Assembly (NCBI GenBank): GCA_050015075.1 | Contig: JBEKCB010000032.1 | Coordinates: 1 to 62,806, forward strand | Origin: Candidatus Brocadiia bacterium | GTDB lineage: Bacteria; Planctomycetota; Brocadiia; CAIUPP01 | Direction: 5' to 3' | DNA length: 62,806 bases | In this document: in pieces, positions 25,591 through 34,674 of the stretch | Position numbering within the stretch: the stretch's first letter is position 1 | Layout of the letters: every line of letters begins with the position of its first letter | Position numbers and translations under genes: made by a program | Notes under the pieces: model-generated | Told to the model about the DNA's origin: nothing | The model's input: the letters and a program-made list of their open reading frames with translations, nothing else | Database searches by the model: none

Positions 25591-27234
25591 TTACTTCAAG
25601 ATCATCTTCAAGTCTTCCTGTGGCGTGCTGATCGGCATGATGTTGAATTTCTCCGAGAGGACCTTGAGCGCGGCGGGCGTGACGAACGCCGGCAGCGTCG
25701 GGCCGAGCCGCATGTTCTTGATCCCCAGGTGCAGCAGCGTCAGGAGGATCGCGCACGCCTTCTGCTCGTACCAGGAGAGGATCATCGAAAGCGGCAAGTC
25801 GTTGACGCCGCATTTGAACGCACCGGCGAGCGCCACGGCGATCTGCACGGCGGAGTAGGCGTCGTTGCATTGCCCGACGTCGAGCAGGCGCGGAATCCCG
25901 CCGATATCGCCGAAGTCCAGCTTGTTGAATCGGTACTTGCCGCACGCGAGCGTGAGGATGACGCAGTCCTTCGGCACGGCTTGGGCGAAGTCGGTGTAGT
26001 AGTTGCGGCCGGGCTTGGCGCCGTCGCAGCCGCCGATGAGGAAGAACCGGCGGATGGCGCCGCTCTTCACCGCCTCGATCACCTTGCCGGCCACGCTCAT
26101 GACCGCCTCGTGGCCGAAGCCGGTCAGGATGGTCTTCTCCGGCGCGTCGGCCGCGAACCCGTCCTCCGCCAGCGCCGCCTGGATGACCGGCTGGAAGTCC
26201 CGGCCGGCGATGTGCGCCACACCGGGCCAGCCGACCACGCCCGCGGTGAACAGCCGGTCCTCGTACGCCTTCTGCGGCTTCATGAGGCAGTTGGTGGTCA
26301 TGAGGATTGCGCCGGGGAATTCGGAGAATTCCTTCTGCTGCTCCTGCCACGCGCCGCCGTAATTCCCGACGAGGTGCTTGTACTTCTTCAGGCCCGGATA
26401 GCCGTGCGCCGGGAGCATCTCGCCGTGCGTGTAGACGTTGATCCCTTTTCCATCGGTCTGCTTGAGCAGCTCCTCCAGATCCTTGAGGTCGTGCCCGGAG
26501 ACGACGATCGCCTTGCCCTTGACCGGCCGGACGCGCACCGCGGTCGGGACCGGATGGCCGTACGCGCCGGTGTTCGCCGCGTCGAGCAGGCCCATGACCT
26601 TGAGGTTGATCTCGCCGACCTGCAATGCCTTGCCGAGAAGCGCGCCGATGTCCGTCGGGTTCGTGCTCAGCCAGGAGAGCGTCTCGTGGAAGAACGAGTA
26701 CACCTCGTCGCTTTCCTGCCCGAGGATCTGCGCGTGGTCCGCGTACGCCGCGACGCCTTTCAGGCCGTAAACGATGAGTTCCTGCAGGCCGGTGACGTCG
26801 TCGCCGAGCGACTGCTTGCGGCGCAGGATGGCAATCTCCTCGGCCTGACGGTCCAGGCTCTGCGGGTCGGCCGCCGGCTGCCACGTCGCCGGACCGGAGA
26901 GCGCCTCGGGCGTCTTGCCCGCGGCCTTGCAGGCGTTTTCGTATTCCGCCTTCACGCGCGCGCGTACCTTGGCGGCCTTGGCGACCATGCGGCGCAGGGC
27001 GGCCGGGTCGAAATTGACGTTGGTCAGCGTCGCGAAGACCGCCTCGATCGTGAAGACGTCCGCCTCATGGTCCTTCACGCCCAGTTTCCGCGCCCGCGCC
27101 GCGTACATGGAAAGGCCCTTGCACGCGTGCACCAGCAGATCCTGCAAGCCTGCGACCTCGGGATTCTTCCCGCACACGCCGCTCACCGTGCACCCGACCC
27201 CTTTCGCCGTCTGCTCGCACTGATAACAGAACAT
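25591..27234 (-). CDS. hcp: Hybrid cluster protein (hydroxylamine/NO reductase)
   Basis: MFCYQCEQT...GC...[32 protein letters not shown] and SWYEQKA motifs. Confidence 0.96.
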   Translation of the reverse strand: MFCYQCEQTAKGVGCTVSGVCGKNPEVAGLQDLLVHACKGLSMYAARARKLGVKDHEADVFTIEAVFATLTNVNFDPAALRRMVAKAAKVRARVKAEYENACKAAGKTPEALSGPATWQPAADPQSLDRQAEEIAILRRKQSLGDDVTGLQELIVYGLKGVAAYADHAQILGQESDEVYSFFHETLSWLSTNPTDIGALLGKALQVGEINLKVMGLLDAANTGAYGHPVPTAVRVRPVKGKAIVVSGHDLKDLEELLKQTDGKGINVYTHGEMLPAHGYPGLKKYKHLVGNYGGAWQEQQKEFSEFPGAILMTTNCLMKPQKAYEDRLFTAGVVGWPGVAHIAGRDFQPVIQAALAEDGFAADAPEKTILTGFGHEAVMSVAGKVIEAVKSGAIRRFFLIGGCDGAKPGRNYYTDFAQAVPKDCVILTLACGKYRFNKLDFGDIGGIPRLLDVGQCNDAYSAVQIAVALAGAFKCGVNDLPLSMILSWYEQKACAILLTLLHLGIKNMRLGPTLPAFVTPAALKVLSEKFNIMPISTPQEDLKMILK

Positions 27235-27282
27235 TGCAGTTTCTCCCTTCTGAAAAAACGGAACCCCAATTCGCTGGAATAC

Positions 27283-27642
27283 TTACCCGGCCCGCAGCAT
27301 CGTCAGGAGCATCTTGAACTTTTTCACCGCTTGGACCGCGTGCGGGACGTTCGCCGGCATGACGACCAGTTGCCCCGCGCGCGCAAGCACCGCTTTGCCG
27401 CCGATCGCCAGTTGCGCCTCGCCATCGAGGACTTGGACGAGCGCGTCATAGGGCGCGGAATGCTCGCTCAGGCCTTGCCCCGCGTCGAACGCGAAGAGCG
27501 TCACCGTGCCGGCGGCGTTCTCCGCGAGGGTGCGGCTGACGACGGACCCCGGCGCGTACAAGATCAACTCCGCCAGAGTGTGCGCTTTCGCGGCCGCCAG
27601 TTTCCTTTTCCCGGCCCCGCGCCGGGATTTTTTCTGCGCCAT
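27283..27642 (-). CDS. Cupin domain protein
   Basis: TLFAFDAGQGLSEH.AP.DA and MPANVPHAV motifs. Confidence 0.88.
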   Translation of the reverse strand: MAQKKSRRGAGKRKLAAAKAHTLAELILYAPGSVVSRTLAENAAGTVTLFAFDAGQGLSEHSAPYDALVQVLDGEAQLAIGGKAVLARAGQLVVMPANVPHAVQAVKKFKMLLTMLRAG

Positions 27643-27661
27643 GCGTTTGCCCCTTTCCAGA

Positions 27662-27946
27662 TCAGCCCTGTTTCTTCGCGGCCGGGCCGGCGCCCGACTC
27701 GGGTGCGGCCGCCGGTTTGCCCGTCCCCGGCGCGATGCCGAGGCACTTGTCCGCGTACTTGCACCATGAGGCGCAACCGAGGTCCAGCCTCGGGTTCGGC
27801 GCCATCTCTCCGCACCCCTTGCACTGGCGCCGGACGTCGTCCTTCCAGAATTCCATCCGCGCGCCGCAGTGAGGGCAGGGCGCCTCGAAGATATCCTCCG
27901 GCTTCCAGAACCTCATATCCTGCCCGGGACATTGCACTGTGCCCAT
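27662..27946 (-). CDS. Small Cys-rich (zinc-ribbon-like) protein
   Basis: CPGQD, CPHCG, CKGCG and GCASWCKYADKC; AGGAG RBS. Confidence 0.75.
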   Translation of the reverse strand: MGTVQCPGQDMRFWKPEDIFEAPCPHCGARMEFWKDDVRRQCKGCGEMAPNPRLDLGCASWCKYADKCLGIAPGTGKPAAAPESGAGPAAKKQG

Positions 27947-27961
27947 GTGATTCTCCTTGAA

Positions 27962-28774
27962 CTATCCGCGCGCCGCCCCGGCGACGCGGCTACAGTTGAA
28001 GAACTCCGCCGGGTCCGCGTCCTTTCGGATGCCGAGCCGGCTTAGCGAGAAATCGTATCGAATCGGGTCCTCGGGACAAATGAGCCGGAATGCTTTGGTG
28101 ATCTCAACCGCCGTCCGCATGTCCGCCGCGTTTCGGCGGGTGAGGCGGAGCGTCCGGCAGATGCGATGGATATGCACGTCCAGCGGGATGATCAGCCGCG
28201 CGGCGCCGACCGATTCCCATCCGCCCGGGTCCACCGCGTCGCGCCGCACCAGCCAGCGCAGGAAAAGGTTGAGGCGTTTGCACGCGCTGCCGTCCGCCGG
28301 CGAGGCCAGCAGGCTGCCGCACGCGTCGCCGGACGGCTCGGAAATCTGCGCGACGAATGCGGAAAGCGCGCCGAGGACCGTCTCGTCGGAGTCGCCGAGC
28401 CCCGCCTCGAAACAGGCGAGCAGCGATCCGTGCCGCTCGGATGCCCGCTTCGCGCCGTAGAGCAGGGCGGCCATCTCTTCACCGGTCGTGAACCGGTGCC
28501 GGAAGCCGCCGAAGGTCCTGAGCAACGTGCTTTCCGAGGAGCGTTTCAGAAAACGCGCCGGCGCGCCCATGCGGTCCAGCACGCTGTGGACGCTCTTGAG
28601 AATCTGCGCGACGCGCCCGTACGCCAGCGACGAAGCGACCAGCGCCACGACCTCGCGGTCGCGCGGATCGGGGTAATCCCACAGGAATTCCAGCGGGTCC
28701 GGATGGATCATTCCGCGCCGGTTATATTGCGCGTGGAGATCGTTGAGGCTCCTTTTCAGCGCCGCAGAAATCAT
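27962..28774 (-). CDS. TIGR02757 / DUF2400 family protein (HhH-GPD-like)
   Basis: DPL, LAYGRV..I, SACKRLNLFLRWLVR.D.VD.G.W, PLDVH and DP.RYDF.L motifs; ATG overlaps the upstream stop. Confidence 0.85.
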   Translation of the reverse strand: MISAALKRSLNDLHAQYNRRGMIHPDPLEFLWDYPDPRDREVVALVASSLAYGRVAQILKSVHSVLDRMGAPARFLKRSSESTLLRTFGGFRHRFTTGEEMAALLYGAKRASERHGSLLACFEAGLGDSDETVLGALSAFVAQISEPSGDACGSLLASPADGSACKRLNLFLRWLVRRDAVDPGGWESVGAARLIIPLDVHIHRICRTLRLTRRNAADMRTAVEITKAFRLICPEDPIRYDFSLSRLGIRKDADPAEFFNCSRVAGAARG

Positions 28775-29502
28775 GTCATCCGCTCCGACCAATGCGCTTC
28801 GACAACCTTACCTTCGATACTGACCGTGACGTCACGCATCGGATAGTGGTTGCCCGAGGCTTCCAGCGCCACCTCAGCGATCCGCTTCAGCCCGAAGCAG
28901 CAGGGGACTTCCATGTGGAGCACGGTGACGCTCCGGATGCCGGAACGCTTGAAGATCTCCGTCAATTTCTCGACGTAGATCGCCGGGTCGTCCAGCTTGG
29001 GGCAGCCGATGACCACGGACCGGCCTCGGAGGAATTTCGAATGGAAGTCCGCCATGGCGAACGGCACGCAGTCCGCCGCCAGGAGCAGGTCCGCGCCCTT
29101 CAGGAACGGCGCGCTCGCCGCGACCAGCTTGAGCTGCACCGGCCAGTGGCGCAGTTCCGACTCGCCCGCAGGCATCTCGCTTTCGGTTCCGGCGGCGCGG
29201 TGAGGCTTCAACTGGCGCATGGCGCTTCCCGGGCAGGCGTGCGGACCCGGATCGTCCGTGGCCGGCGAGCCACGCGCGGCCTCGACCGCCTTCTCGTCGA
29301 ATTCGTCCGCCTCGCGTTCCTCAATCGCGATCGCGCCCTCCGGGCACTCTCCCAGGCACGCGCCGAGGCCGTCGCAGTAGCTCTCGCTGACCAGGCGCGC
29401 TTTGCCGTCCGCAATCCTGATCGCGCCCTCGGCGCAGGCGGTCGCGCACTGGCCGCAACCGCTGCATTTCTCTTCGTCGATCTTCACAATCTTTCGCTTC
29501 AC
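28771..29502 (-). CDS. 2x[4Fe-4S] ferredoxin-domain protein (hcp-associated type)
   Basis: CSGCGQC...C and CDGLGAC...CP, then CPGS, WPVQL, AADC, GCPKLD and MEVPCC. Confidence 0.88.
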   Translation of the reverse strand: MKRKIVKIDEEKCSGCGQCATACAEGAIRIADGKARLVSESYCDGLGACLGECPEGAIAIEEREADEFDEKAVEAARGSPATDDPGPHACPGSAMRQLKPHRAAGTESEMPAGESELRHWPVQLKLVAASAPFLKGADLLLAADCVPFAMADFHSKFLRGRSVVIGCPKLDDPAIYVEKLTEIFKRSGIRSVTVLHMEVPCCFGLKRIAEVALEASGNHYPMRDVTVSIEGKVVEAHWSERMT

Positions 29503-29506
29503 AGCA

Positions 29507-29935
29507 TCACCCTCGACCTAATCCCGCGAAAGCGGCCTTGGCGTCGCTCAGTCGCGTTTTGGAAAAATGTTTCCTGACCTGCTCATTCAGGCTGCAGACC
29601 AGTTGCCCGAGAACGCACTTCTTGCCGCCGCACACCGGCACGCCGAGCAGGCAGTGGGTCGAACTCATCGGACCTTCGATCGCCTCATAGACCTGCAGCA
29701 GCGTCGTCCGCTCCGCGCCGTCGCGGAGATGGAAGCCGCCGTGAGGTCCCGGCGCGGACAGCACCAGCCCGGCCTTCGCCAGCCTCTGGAGCACCTTCGC
29801 CAGGTGCGCCTCGGAGACCTTGAACGTCGAGGCGATCTCCTTCGTCGTCAGCGGCCGCTCGCGACGGTCCGCCAGGAACACCATCGTGTGCAGCGCCAGC
29901 GACGCCGCGTCGGAAATTTTCAGGATAGTCGCCAT
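29507..29935 (-). CDS. Rrf2 family transcriptional regulator (three Cys)
   Basis: HLAKVLQRL...GLV.S..GP.GGF, YEAIEG and CLLG..VC...KC. Confidence 0.9.
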   Translation of the reverse strand: MATILKISDAASLALHTMVFLADRRERPLTTKEIASTFKVSEAHLAKVLQRLAKAGLVLSAPGPHGGFHLRDGAERTTLLQVYEAIEGPMSSTHCLLGVPVCGGKKCVLGQLVCSLNEQVRKHFSKTRLSDAKAAFAGLGRG

Positions 29936-29958
29936 GGACCTTCACCTTTCCCGAAATG

Positions 29959-30001
29959 TGGTATCGCAGTACCATGATACCATAATCAGGGCGGATGTCA
30001 A
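29959..30001 (-). promoter_or_regulatory. Sigma70 promoter with overlapping inverted repeat (candidate Rrf2 operator)
   Basis: Minus strand TTGACA-N16-TATCAT; TGGTATC-N10-GATACCA at 29959-29982 covers the -10/+1 region. Confidence 0.6.
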
Positions 30002-30046
30002 GCGGGAAATGGGGGAAAATCCGTGAAACGGGACTTGCAGTTGCTT

Positions 30047-30067
30047 GTAGTGGCGCCCTCAGGCGCT
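30047..30067 (+). repeat. GTAG-type REP unit
   Basis: GTAGTGGCGCCCTCAGGCGCT, one mismatch from the 2163 copy. Confidence 0.6.
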
Positions 30068-30090
30068 GCTTATTGATCTTCGTGCAAGAA

Positions 30091-30198
30091 TAAGGAAAGG
30101 TCTCTCGCAAAGACGCAAAGAGCGCCAGGAACAGCATAATCAGGTTGTCTTACCTTCTTTGCGTTCCTGGCGTCTTAGCGAGAGAATTCCTTTCCTTA
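30091..30198. repeat. Long imperfect palindrome of CGCAAAG-type units
   Basis: TAAGGAAAGG-TCTCTCGCAAAGACGCAAAGAGCGCCAGGA ... CTTTGCGTTCCTGGCGTCTTAGCGAGAGA-ATT-CCTTTCCTTA. Confidence 0.75.
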
Positions 30199-30257
30199 TG
30201 CGAATGTCAATAGTAAATGCCCTGACGGGCACACTGCGAGCGGCACATCACGCGCAG

Positions 30258-30848
30258 CTACTTCGCCGGCTCGGCGCGCCGGATGCTCTTGATGAGAACC
30301 ACCTTGACCGGAACGTCGCCTTGACCGGTCTGGACTTTGGCTATCTTGTCAACGACATCCATGCCGCCAATGACCTTGCCGAAGACCGCGTAGCCGAAAG
30401 TCCTCGGCGTCTCACCGGCGTGATTGAGGAACGCGTTGTCCACCGTGTTGATGAAGAACTGCGCCGTGGCGCTGTCCACGACGCCGGTTCGAGCCATGGC
30501 GATGGTGCCGCGGACATTCTTCACGTCGGCGCTGGCTTCGTTCTTGATGGACGGGTGCGTCTTTTTCTGGACCATGTCGGCCGTGAAGCCGCCGCCCTGG
30601 ATCATGAATTTCTCGATGACGCGATGGAAGATCGTGTCGTCATAGAATTTCTCGTCCACATACGACAGGAAGTTCTCGACCGTTTTCGGCGCCTGCGCGG
30701 GCCAGAGTTCAATCTTGATCGTGCCTTCGGACGTCTCCATGACGACGATGGGATTGGCCATGCTTTTCTCTTCCGCTGCTGAAGAAAGACTTCCGAATGA
30801 CAGTGCGGCGCCGATGAGCGCGACGGGCAGGATGAGTCTCGACCGCAT
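30258..30848 (-). CDS. ppiA: Periplasmic cyclophilin-type peptidyl-prolyl isomerase
   Basis: Signal peptide; [29 protein letters not shown] and GYAVFGKV; AGGAGG RBS. Confidence 0.92.
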   Translation of the reverse strand: MRSRLILPVALIGAALSFGSLSSAAEEKSMANPIVVMETSEGTIKIELWPAQAPKTVENFLSYVDEKFYDDTIFHRVIEKFMIQGGGFTADMVQKKTHPSIKNEASADVKNVRGTIAMARTGVVDSATAQFFINTVDNAFLNHAGETPRTFGYAVFGKVIGGMDVVDKIAKVQTGQGDVPVKVVLIKSIRRAEPAK

Positions 30849-31009
30849 AAACGCCTCCTTGCAATAAGGGAACGGACCTTTCCGGCGGGGTCCGAACGGG
30901 CTCGACTGTCGCAATCATAATCCGGCGTGCGAACGCGGTCAAGAGCGCCGGAATGAATTGCAATCGGCCGGCGCGGTATCTAGAATCTGCGGCGGTTCCG
31001 GGGTGACGA

Positions 31010-33094
31010 TTGGAGGAGCGCGGCCCGTTGTCTTCGCGAAGCGCCAAGCTTGGGAAAGCCCTTGCCGAGCCGGCCGCCTCCGGCCGGCGCGGGTGGATCG
31101 CCGCAGCGCTCGCCTCGGCGGTGCTGATGGGGGTCTCCGTCGCAAAGTGGCACGGCTTCGCCTTTGATATCTACCTGGAGGCCGTAATCTTCCAGTGCGG
31201 CGCGCTGGCCTTGTTCCTCATCTGGGCATGGCCGCGGCGGTTGCCGGTGGGTACGTGGCGCGCGCTCCGGCCCGCGGCGTGCCTGTTCTGCGCGTACGCG
31301 GCGTTCTCGGTGGCGAGCAGCGCCTGGGCGCCGCAGCCACGGCTCGCCGCCATCGGCAGCCTGCCCATGTTTTTCGGCGTGGCCTGGGCGCTGGGGCTGG
31401 GACATCTGCTCTCCGGCCGCCGGCACACTCGACTGATCCTGCGAGCGATGTTCGCCGCCGGAACGCTGGCTGCGCTGGCCGGCCTGCTGCATGTTCTGCT
31501 GTCGGGCGACAAGTGGATTGGGCAAGTTCACGGCTTCAGAAACTTCTTTTCGATTCTCTGGCAACGGGGCTCTTTGCTGGAGGCGGTGCAAGGCCACCGG
31601 GCTTTTCTCGCGACGTTTCTCCTTCCGGCGCTCGTGCTGGGGCTGGCCGATCTCCTGACGCCGCTCATCACCCGCCCGGCGAAGCGCGGCGAGGCGCTGG
31701 CGCTGCCGCCCGCGGCGCTGTGGCCGTGCCTTCTGCTGCTCCTGGGCGTATTCGCGCTCTGCCAGGAGTGGGGCGGGCTGCTCGGGCTGGTCGTCGGCCT
31801 GGCGTGCGTCATCGCCGCGCAGCTTTCGTCCCGCGCGCGATACGGCCTGTTGGCCGGGTTCGTCGGACTCGCCGTTGCGGGGTTCATCTGCCTGAGCTGG
31901 CTGCCGGGCTTGCACGTGCGACTGATGCGATCGCCGAACCAGGCCACGCGCTGGTTCATGTGGCAGGGCGCGCTGCGCATGATCGCCGATCGCCCGGTCT
32001 TCGGCTGGGGCAGCGGCATGTTCCTGCTCCATTACTCGGATTACAAGCCGATCGCGGCGATGGAGCGCGGCTTGCTGGGCAACATCACGATCTATCCCCA
32101 CAATGAACTGCTCCTGGTTGCGGTCGAAGGCGGCCTCATCGCGCTGGGGCTGTACCTGGCCGGACATTTCTTCGCCGTCCGCGGGCATCTGCGGAAAGCA
32201 CAGGCGGAGGACACGGCGCTGCGGATTGCGGCATGGGCGGTATTCGGCGGGTTCCTGGCGATGTTCACGAATGGGCTGGTCCAGATCTCGCTGCGGTACT
32301 GGGCGTCGGCGGCGGCATACTGGACGCTGCTCGGCATCATGATCGCCTCCGGACGATCCGAAGGCCCCGCGCCGGCCGGCATGCGCCTCGGCAGCCGGGT
32401 GGATACGTCGCTCCTCTTCGCCACCGCGTCGGTGATGGTCATCGCGGCGGCGGTGGGCGTCGTATACAGCGGCGCCCGGGCGGAATGGCTGCTGACCGGC
32501 CCGTCGCGCGAGCCTCGAATGGGAGCGGAGGAGGTCACGCGGAATGACATCGAGGCGGCGCGATTCTCCCGATACGGACGGGACTACCTGATCGCGTTGA
32601 CAAGTCGCGCGGATCTCGACTGGCGTTCAGGGAAGGACAGCGCCGCCATCGCCGAATACGAGGAGGTCGAGCATGTCGCTCCCGGTTACTGGCCCGTTCG
32701 CCGGATCGTCGCCACGTTGTATCTGAACCGAGCCAGGAAACTCGGGCCCGTTGACCGGCCGGCGGCGACGTCCGACCTTAAGAAAGCCGTGGACTGGATC
32801 GAGCGCTGCATCCGGCAGAACCCGTACGATGCCGACTCAAGAATGCTTTACGCGGAGTTGCTGCTCCAGGCTTCCGACCGGAACCTGCCTCGCGCCATCA
32901 GCGAACTCACCGCGGCGGTGAAGGGCGACCCGAAGCGCATGGAACCGCGCTGCAGGCTGGCCATACTCCTGGCGCGGTCGGGGCAGAAGCCGGAGGCGCT
33001 CGCGGCGCTGGACGAGGCCGCGGCGCTTTGTCCGCCAAAAGATCCCTGGTCGGCGCAGATCGTGAAATTGCGAGACCGGATCGCGGCGAAGTGA
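31010..33094 (+). CDS. O-antigen ligase (Wzy_C)-like membrane protein with C-terminal TPR-like region
   Basis: Many TM helices; R..MW.GAL.MI.DRP.FGWG.G and PHNELL; helical C-terminus. Start uncertain. Confidence 0.75.
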   Translation: MEERGPLSSRSAKLGKALAEPAASGRRGWIAAALASAVLMGVSVAKWHGFAFDIYLEAVIFQCGALALFLIWAWPRRLPVGTWRALRPAACLFCAYAAFSVASSAWAPQPRLAAIGSLPMFFGVAWALGLGHLLSGRRHTRLILRAMFAAGTLAALAGLLHVLLSGDKWIGQVHGFRNFFSILWQRGSLLEAVQGHRAFLATFLLPALVLGLADLLTPLITRPAKRGEALALPPAALWPCLLLLLGVFALCQEWGGLLGLVVGLACVIAAQLSSRARYGLLAGFVGLAVAGFICLSWLPGLHVRLMRSPNQATRWFMWQGALRMIADRPVFGWGSGMFLLHYSDYKPIAAMERGLLGNITIYPHNELLLVAVEGGLIALGLYLAGHFFAVRGHLRKAQAEDTALRIAAWAVFGGFLAMFTNGLVQISLRYWASAAAYWTLLGIMIASGRSEGPAPAGMRLGSRVDTSLLFATASVMVIAAAVGVVYSGARAEWLLTGPSREPRMGAEEVTRNDIEAARFSRYGRDYLIALTSRADLDWRSGKDSAAIAEYEEVEHVAPGYWPVRRIVATLYLNRARKLGPVDRPAATSDLKKAVDWIERCIRQNPYDADSRMLYAELLLQASDRNLPRAISELTAAVKGDPKRMEPRCRLAILLARSGQKPEALAALDEAAALCPPKDPWSAQIVKLRDRIAAK

Positions 33095-33126
33095 AGCGGC
33101 CCGCAAGGGCGCGGCATCGAGACGGC

Positions 33127-34473
33127 CTACTTGAGCAGCTTTTCGATGGCGGGGACCCAGGCCGCGCGCGCCTGGTTCAGCCAGCCGCGCTCATCGCCGA
33201 GGCGCTTGCGCGCGAGGTCCAGCCCCAGGTTTCCCGTCGCGCCGAGATGGGTCTTCTTGCGGATGTTCGCGCGCGGGTCCTCCATCGCCGTCTTCTCGAG
33301 CGAGCGCGCCACCTGCTGGTAAGCGTCGCGGAAAGGCGCGCCGCCTTTGACCATGTCCAGCACGCGGTCGGTGGAGAAGACCTCCGGCGTGAAGGCAGCG
33401 ATGCAGCGCTTCTCGTCCACCGAGAGCTTCGACAGGCCGAGCCCGCAGACCTGCAACGCAGCCTGCGTGATCTCCACTCCGGTCATCAGCGGCCGCTTCG
33501 TCTCCTGGAAGTCGCGGTGGTAGCCGCTGATCAGCGGGCGGATGATCTCCATCACCTGCAAGTGGCAGGCGATCACGACGGCGGTCTTCGCGCGGGTGAG
33601 CTCGAAGAGCGCCGGGTTGCGCTTCTGCGGCATCAGGCTGCTGCCGCCGCAGAGGTCCTGCGGCAGAACGAAGTATCCGAATTCCGGCATGGACCAGAAA
33701 ATGATGTCGTTGGCCATTTTGCTGAGGTCGAGCATGATCTGCGAGAGCGCGGAGAGCGCGATGGCTTCGACCTTGCCGCGCGAGTTGTTGGCGTAGAGGG
33801 CGTTGTTCTGCACGCGCGCGAACCCGAGCAGGTCTGAGACCATCTGGCGGTCAATGTCGAGGTTGACTCCGTAGCTCGCGGCGGAGCCGAGCGGGCACTG
33901 GTCGGCGACCTGGTACGCCGCGCGGAGGAGCGCCAGGTCGTCCAGCAGCGATTCGGCGATGGCGCCGGCCCAGAGCCCGACGGAACTGGGCATCGCGCGC
34001 TGATAGTGCGTGCGGCCGACGATCGGCACCTCCTTGTGCTTCTCGGCGAAGTCCGCGAGCAAGCCGCCCATGTCGCAGGCGAGCTCGAAGAGCGTCAGCA
34101 GCTTGTCGCGCATGTAGAGGCGCAGGTCGAGGAGGACCTGGTCGTTGCGCGAGCGCGCCGTGTGGAGCTTCTTGCCGACGTCGCCCAGGCGTTTCGTCAG
34201 GTCGCCCTCGACGGCGGTGTGGACGTCCTCCTCGGCCGGGAGAATCGTGAACTCGTCGCGCGCGTGCAGCGCCACGATCTCCACGAGGCGCTTCTGAAGG
34301 CGCTCGTACTCGTCGTGCGTCAGGATGCCGATCTTCGCGAGCATCGCCGCATGGGCGATCGAGCCGGCGCAGTCCCAGCGGACCAGCTCCAGGTCCAGCT
34401 TGTAATCATCGCCGACCGTGAAGCGCTCGACGACCTTGTTGAGCTCGTATCCTTTATCCCACAGCTTGCCCAT
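33127..34473 (-). CDS. argH: Argininosuccinate lyase
   Basis: EDVH, LHTARSRNDQV, GRTHYQRA and GSSLMPQKRNP motifs. Confidence 0.93.
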   Translation of the reverse strand: MGKLWDKGYELNKVVERFTVGDDYKLDLELVRWDCAGSIAHAAMLAKIGILTHDEYERLQKRLVEIVALHARDEFTILPAEEDVHTAVEGDLTKRLGDVGKKLHTARSRNDQVLLDLRLYMRDKLLTLFELACDMGGLLADFAEKHKEVPIVGRTHYQRAMPSSVGLWAGAIAESLLDDLALLRAAYQVADQCPLGSAASYGVNLDIDRQMVSDLLGFARVQNNALYANNSRGKVEAIALSALSQIMLDLSKMANDIIFWSMPEFGYFVLPQDLCGGSSLMPQKRNPALFELTRAKTAVVIACHLQVMEIIRPLISGYHRDFQETKRPLMTGVEITQAALQVCGLGLSKLSVDEKRCIAAFTPEVFSTDRVLDMVKGGAPFRDAYQQVARSLEKTAMEDPRANIRKKTHLGATGNLGLDLARKRLGDERGWLNQARAAWVPAIEKLLK

Positions 34474-34674
34474 GTTCTTCCTCCTCGTGCGATTGGGTGG
34501 CGGGTATTTTCCGTCAGGCGGCGGGCGATGTCAAGCGGTGATTGGTTTAACCTTTCACTCGGCGAAGCACTGTTGAGACGAGCCGGCACCCTTGTTATAA
34601 TGTCGCGAGTCGTCCGGCCGGTCGCCCGGACGCCCGTCGCTTTCACTTGCCCCATTCTGAAGGAACGAAGGCCG

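Noticed and set aside
25361-26884. 507-aa rubredoxin fusion
   Set aside because: The upstream part is an alternative frame over hcp; the real rubredoxin starts at 25522 with its own RBS.
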